Below, in pieces: positions 59,451 to 64,000 of a stretch of DNA of 64,000 nucleotides. Position 1 is the stretch's first letter; every line of letters starts with the position of its first letter. Source of the DNA: Amphiscolops sp. MND2022 (lineage: Eukaryota); NCBI GenBank assembly GCA_964187785.1, contig OZ076409.1, positions 96,846,001 through 96,910,000 of the forward strand, given 5' to 3'. A program made the translations under genes and the position numbers. Below the pieces are notes generated by a model, which had not been told where the DNA came from, made no database searches, and was given only the letters and a program-made list of their open reading frames with translations.

Positions 59451-60369
59451 TGTAACGGCTGCTTGCCTTTATCCTGCGCTGAGGCTTGACAAGCTTTACG
59501 CCGCCCTGATCCGTTGCTTAGTGCTGTGGACCGTCACTAAACAATTCCTGGTTTCTTATTTTAAAGGACTGTATCTTTTGACTGGTGGGTCCGATGTGAC
59601 CCGTGGAATCTCCTGCGATTCCTCTGTTCACTGAATTGGATCCGATGTGATCCTGCACACACTTCCCTCACTGTATCTTCACGCGCTCCGGCTCTCCAAC
59701 TATGAGAGTAGCTACTTAGTCGCTCTAACTCTAGCGAAAAGTTGTGAAGATTGAGAAGTTGATTATTAAGTCTTGCGGTCCTGAGACCCAACTTGACTAT
59801 AGCTATTCAGTGGAGAAAATCTCTATCTAATAATAGTATACATATCGTTTACAATTCTACAGTAAATATAAGCAAATATCAGTTAAAATATGTTGTATAA
59901 ATAAATGACATTTAAGTGAATTATTAAAGTTATTGGCTATGTAAACAAAGCACATGGTGGTTTTGGCATGTTGGTTAGGTGGGTTAGAAAGTATGTTTAC
60001 ACTATGTAAACATTATCAATTCAACAGAGTTACATTCTAATGTGGTCATATAGGTAAATAACAAAGTTTACATTTTTGGTTCAATGACCTTGAATACTAC
60101 ACATGTGAGGGGTAAAGGGGGTTATAATGGGGGAATGAACTTGAAACTTAGCCGGTGTGTTCGTGTTAGGTATCTGCGTATGTGTGCCAAGTTTCAAGTC
60201 TCTACGGTTAGTAGTTGCAGAGAAAACCCTGACTGGGGGGGTTTTTCGATTTTATGACGATTGACTTTTCTTCAAATTTTCATCTAAGTTTTTAGGAGTT
60301 TAAGTTCTCGTATCTCAACCAACATGTTCTGAATCGAGTTTCTCTGCCTTCTGATGACTGGCGCCAACA
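59451..60369 (-). repeat. 5' LTR of BEL/Pao element (919 bp)
   Basis: Direct repeat of 51840-52759. Confidence 0.97.
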
Positions 60370-61411
60370 AATCTTCCAAGCAGCTCGATAAAAGTCAAAT
60401 ACAACAGGTAAATACTTTCGCATGAAAGTTTCCGTGAGAATTTTAGAAAATCATAATAAAAGTTGCTGGCAACATTAAAGTACATGGAAAAAGTTCAAGC
60501 AGATTCAACAAGGGTTCGAATGCCCCCTCCAACACGAAAGAACATTTTATTCTTGAATGAAATTATTTTACTAATCAGAGAATATTATAGCAATGTGAAT
60601 ACTTACAGGATTGTCTTTACAGCTGTTTGGACACTTTCACTGTTGACAAAAATGACCTAAAGCTTTTGATATCAATGTCCAAAGTAGCAAAAATTCACGC
60701 GTGGAACAAATTAAAATCGTATTAAAGGGCCCCTATTTTAACGCAAATTTTCTCCGTCATGAAATCTAATGAGCAACTTTTAACTGGCAGAGAATAAAAA
60801 AGATAGCGTTATGTCGACATCAGTTACTCTACTGAACCAAAACTTTAACGCAAACGATGTCGACATAATGGTGTTTGAACCTTGTTTCTTATCAGAACCC
60901 CCCCCCACAGCTGTTTGGCGGAATAAGAAACAAGCTCCTTAATTTCTTTGCTTTGAAAACGGGTTAAATTTGTCTTGAATAAATGGATAAAAGTTGCAAA
61001 ACAATATCTTTCAGAGCTATGGTGTGTTGGTAAACATTTTATAGAAACTGTTAGAAAACCAAAACAGGAAACTTTGAGTTAATAAAGAATGTACTTTGAG
61101 TATATTAGGACATTATTTTGTAAACTGAAGACGGTTTTTTGGCATGTTTCTGTTAACATTAGCAGCCAAATTGTCTTTCTCGAATAGCTTCGATGGTTTT
61201 GTTTGAATAAAGTTCAAGAATATTGATTACAAAGCCGCAAGAAATTGTTTCATTGCATGTTAGTTTTTCCTTGTTAATAAATACTGCAGCTCAAAAGTGT
61301 TCCCAGCTACAAACTAAGTGAATTAACATAATGTAACCGCAAAACTTGAAAAACGCCATTCAGAATACAAGACCCAAAAAAATGTTTTTCATATCATTTT
61401 AATAATGACTA

Positions 61412-61735
61412 CCCTAGTGAAAGCTGCCGCAGATTTTTACAGGCACCTTCAAAAATGCCGACTAATTTTAAAAAATAAAACATGGTAAATTCAGGGACCA
61501 TGCATGGAAAAATGTTTTAAAATTAACAGGCAATTTATAGAATTTCTTTTCTCGGGGCATTTGTCTTAAATTTGCTTGATGTTTCTCTGTAAACCCGCCA
61601 AATTGTAGAGAAAATTAGTGGCGCAGCATGAAAATATTGAGCATGAAAACTTCTCTAAGCAGCTTCCAAAAACCTGATAAATCAGCCTTGCAACCTATAA
61701 AAGCATGCAAAACTTCCGAGCACTTTCAACTAGGG
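61412..61735. mobile_element. TA-flanked MITE with CCCTAGT(T)GAAAG ends
   Basis: ta-CCCTAGTGAAAG ... CTTTCAACTAGGG-ta; related ends at ~20562 and ~28306. Confidence 0.6.
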
Positions 61736-62679
61736 TAAAATGCGATTCAATCACATGATACTATTTAAACTGCATGTGTTTTTTGTTAACGGATTATCTC
61801 AGTTGTACTCTCATAAAAATAGAATAACCATTCTATTCTAAAGTAAACCACCATAAAAACACCGTTGAAAATGTATCTAAGCTATCGGCAACTGCTTAAG
61901 TTTGTTTGCCAACAATTTTCTCTCTCAAGAGTTCTCTCAAGTCTGTGAATTATAGCTGTTATGACAATATCACAATACGTTCTGAGTTTATCAGGTTCGA
62001 CTTTTTCACTGCAGTTCGAACTTGCGAGAATATTGTTTAATAAACTGCTTATTGTTTTCTTACTGTGAATTGTTAACAAGAAGCAAAATGGGCCTTTCAA
62101 GTAAAAGTCAAACGAAGAGACATCAAAAAGTTCCTGGAAAAAACTCACAATAAGAGCCATTGAACTCTAATTTTTTTCATATACTGGTACAAGAATCCTT
62201 TCCCTTGTTGCAATTGCTTGAACTTTTTGCAAATTTTTATTGTTTTTCTTAAACTCTTACGGAAACTTTCATATGAAAATTTTTCCTTATTATTCGCATT
62301 TTATCAAAGTCCTTCAATGATACATCAAAATTTTGGCGGCAATTTTAAGCCTTGAAGTTTTGCAGGATTCACTGAGAAACAGTTATCGTTTTAAGTTCAA
62401 GATTGCTATCAGTTTTACAGCCATTCTAATGCAAAATAACTTCAGACGCGCAATGAACTGCAAATTAGCGCTATGTTTAGCGTGCTATTTGAGAAGCAGT
62501 GATCACATCAGATGAGTAGTTGAGAAAACAAAATGTTAATACAAAGTGATCGCGTCGGTATTGAAGTAGGATTTACTTTCAAACCAAATTGCAGTGAAAT
62601 TCCACAAGGTTTACCACTGCAACCCTACTGAACTTTCTAGGTTTTATAATCTAATGCCCTGTATTCAGGCCTGCAGCAT

Positions 62680-63365
62680 GTAAAAGTGTATGGTAGAAGA
62701 TTGGAGGTGAGCTTAAAAAAAATAGATTTCCCGCAAAATAGTACATGCTAGCCAAGTCTGAATTCGTTTGTGGAAAACGTCTTTTTCTTGCTGTAAGTTG
62801 TAAAATCCGTATTTTCTCTGAGATCATACGCGGACCTTGAGTCCTTCTTTGTAAGTTTTGTTTTCCGGACTTTCCAAACATTACCGAAACCTCGCGCATT
62901 TAAGAACGTACCTGTCCCAGTGTCGTTTTGGTCCAAGGGCAAATTACCCATTATGTTTTCTATTTCAGGTAACACTATCATTTATAGCTGAACTAATGGC
63001 CCTATTGATCTGTGTCTGCTTCAGGCTCATCGGTGAATCCATTTCTTGGAACAATGTAGCCCATTTCACTTGACAATATGTCAATTGATTCTGCAGGTCT
63101 CTTCTGTTTAACAGGGCCTTTTATTTAACTGATGTTCCTGATCTCTTTTTCCTGACATGAACTCTCTCTGTTAGGTAAGGTGAGCTCTCAAATTCCTGAT
63201 GCCTATCTGGGCAATTTATAACGAAGTTCAAATAACATAAATTCTCTTTATTACGTAAAAAGTTTGAATTCCCGTCTCCTAGCATTGCGTCCATATTACC
63301 ATAATTGGGCAAAATATCCATCTCTGTAGATATCCCTTGACTTTTTGTCGTCTAGTGGAAGGCAT
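62680..63365 (-). pseudogene. Degraded retroelement Gag-N-like remnant
   Basis: Broken minus frames MPSTRRQK / EMDILPNYGNMDAMLGDGNSN / QEMDSPMSLKQTQINRAISSAIND / VLPEIENIMG: basic start followed by an amphipathic helix, similar in layout to the LTR-borne Gag-N; no diagnostic motif. Confidence 0.35.
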
Positions 63366-64000
63366 AAGTGAGAGTACAGGAGGAAATGTTTGAATTATTC
63401 CTGTAATTAATGTTTCAATTTTTTGAACTCTAACACGTACCTCTCTTTTAACAAATCACACAAAAATATTGAGTGTCTGAGTGGCCGACGTTTGAGTACC
63501 CTGATAGGCAAGACACTCAGGGAAGTGGAGGGTCACAATTCAATGAATAACTTTAGAGCTAAAAATAGAAATCATCACTTCTATAAATAGTATCATTGCG
63601 TCACCAAATGATTACAGGCGCGGCAACATCAAAGCGCTTGTTTAAGGACAGAGGGGGCGTGTTCGTGGAAGTAGAAGGTTTAAAAATGAGAATTACATTC
63701 GTTTTTTAACTTGACATGTTATTTCATGCGTTGTTTGACCTCTCGGTCAACAGCCCTATCGGGTCTTTTTAGGTCAAAGCAACGGTAGGAGGGTGAGAAG
63801 TAGTAATACCAGCCGCAATTTGTGTATTACCAGTTGAAGCATTCATCCGAGTAGGGCTTTTATTGAACTCTAAGTAGCATTATCGCGTTCCGCTTTCAAC
63901 AACAAACGAAACTTTAGCATCTACTAATTGTATCTTTTGATCTGTTACGCCGCGTGGCCTTACTCGTCAATTCCGGCTAATTGTAAGTACAATATATCAA

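Larger units (their letters stand above)
51840..60369 (-). mobile_element. Full-length BEL/Pao LTR retrotransposon
   Basis: LTRs 51840-52759 and 59451-60369 (TG...CA, nearly identical); 5-bp TSD AATCT (51835-51839, 60370-60374); purine-rich tract at ~52760-52781. Confidence 0.97.

Noticed and set aside
58984..59634. 216-aa plus-strand ORF with DTVAQSPR repeats and overlapping repeat ORFs
   Set aside because: Explained by a stop-free 24-bp tandem repeat; non-ATG start, crosses the LTR boundary

Overview
AT-rich, repeat-dense eukaryotic (animal-like) genomic DNA with one 200-N gap; no rRNA, functional tRNA or CRISPR array. The left 34 kb is mostly small non-autonomous transposons: Helentron/HINE-like elements, hAT-, Merlin- and TA-type MITEs, a decayed Tc1 and LINE fragments. 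It also carries three spliceable exons of a divergent rhodopsin-class GPCR. The right half holds two young, full-length minus-strand LTR retrotransposons: a BEL/Pao element (51840-60369) and an unusual 16.8-kb Ty3/Gypsy element (34480-51272, TSD TCTAA). The Gypsy element is the main find. It has ~1.85-kb LTRs that encode the first 183 aa of Gag, a -1 frameshifted pol with a dUTPase-like insert, no recognisable polypurine tract, and a non-Env third ORF ending in the 3' LTR. It also has an antisense five-exon gene with GT-AG introns encoding a ~1121-aa zinc-finger protein that resembles a catalytically dead hAT transposase. Dense arrays of one palindromic motif occupy the element's non-coding segments. 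All protein family calls come from motif recognition by eye, not database searches.
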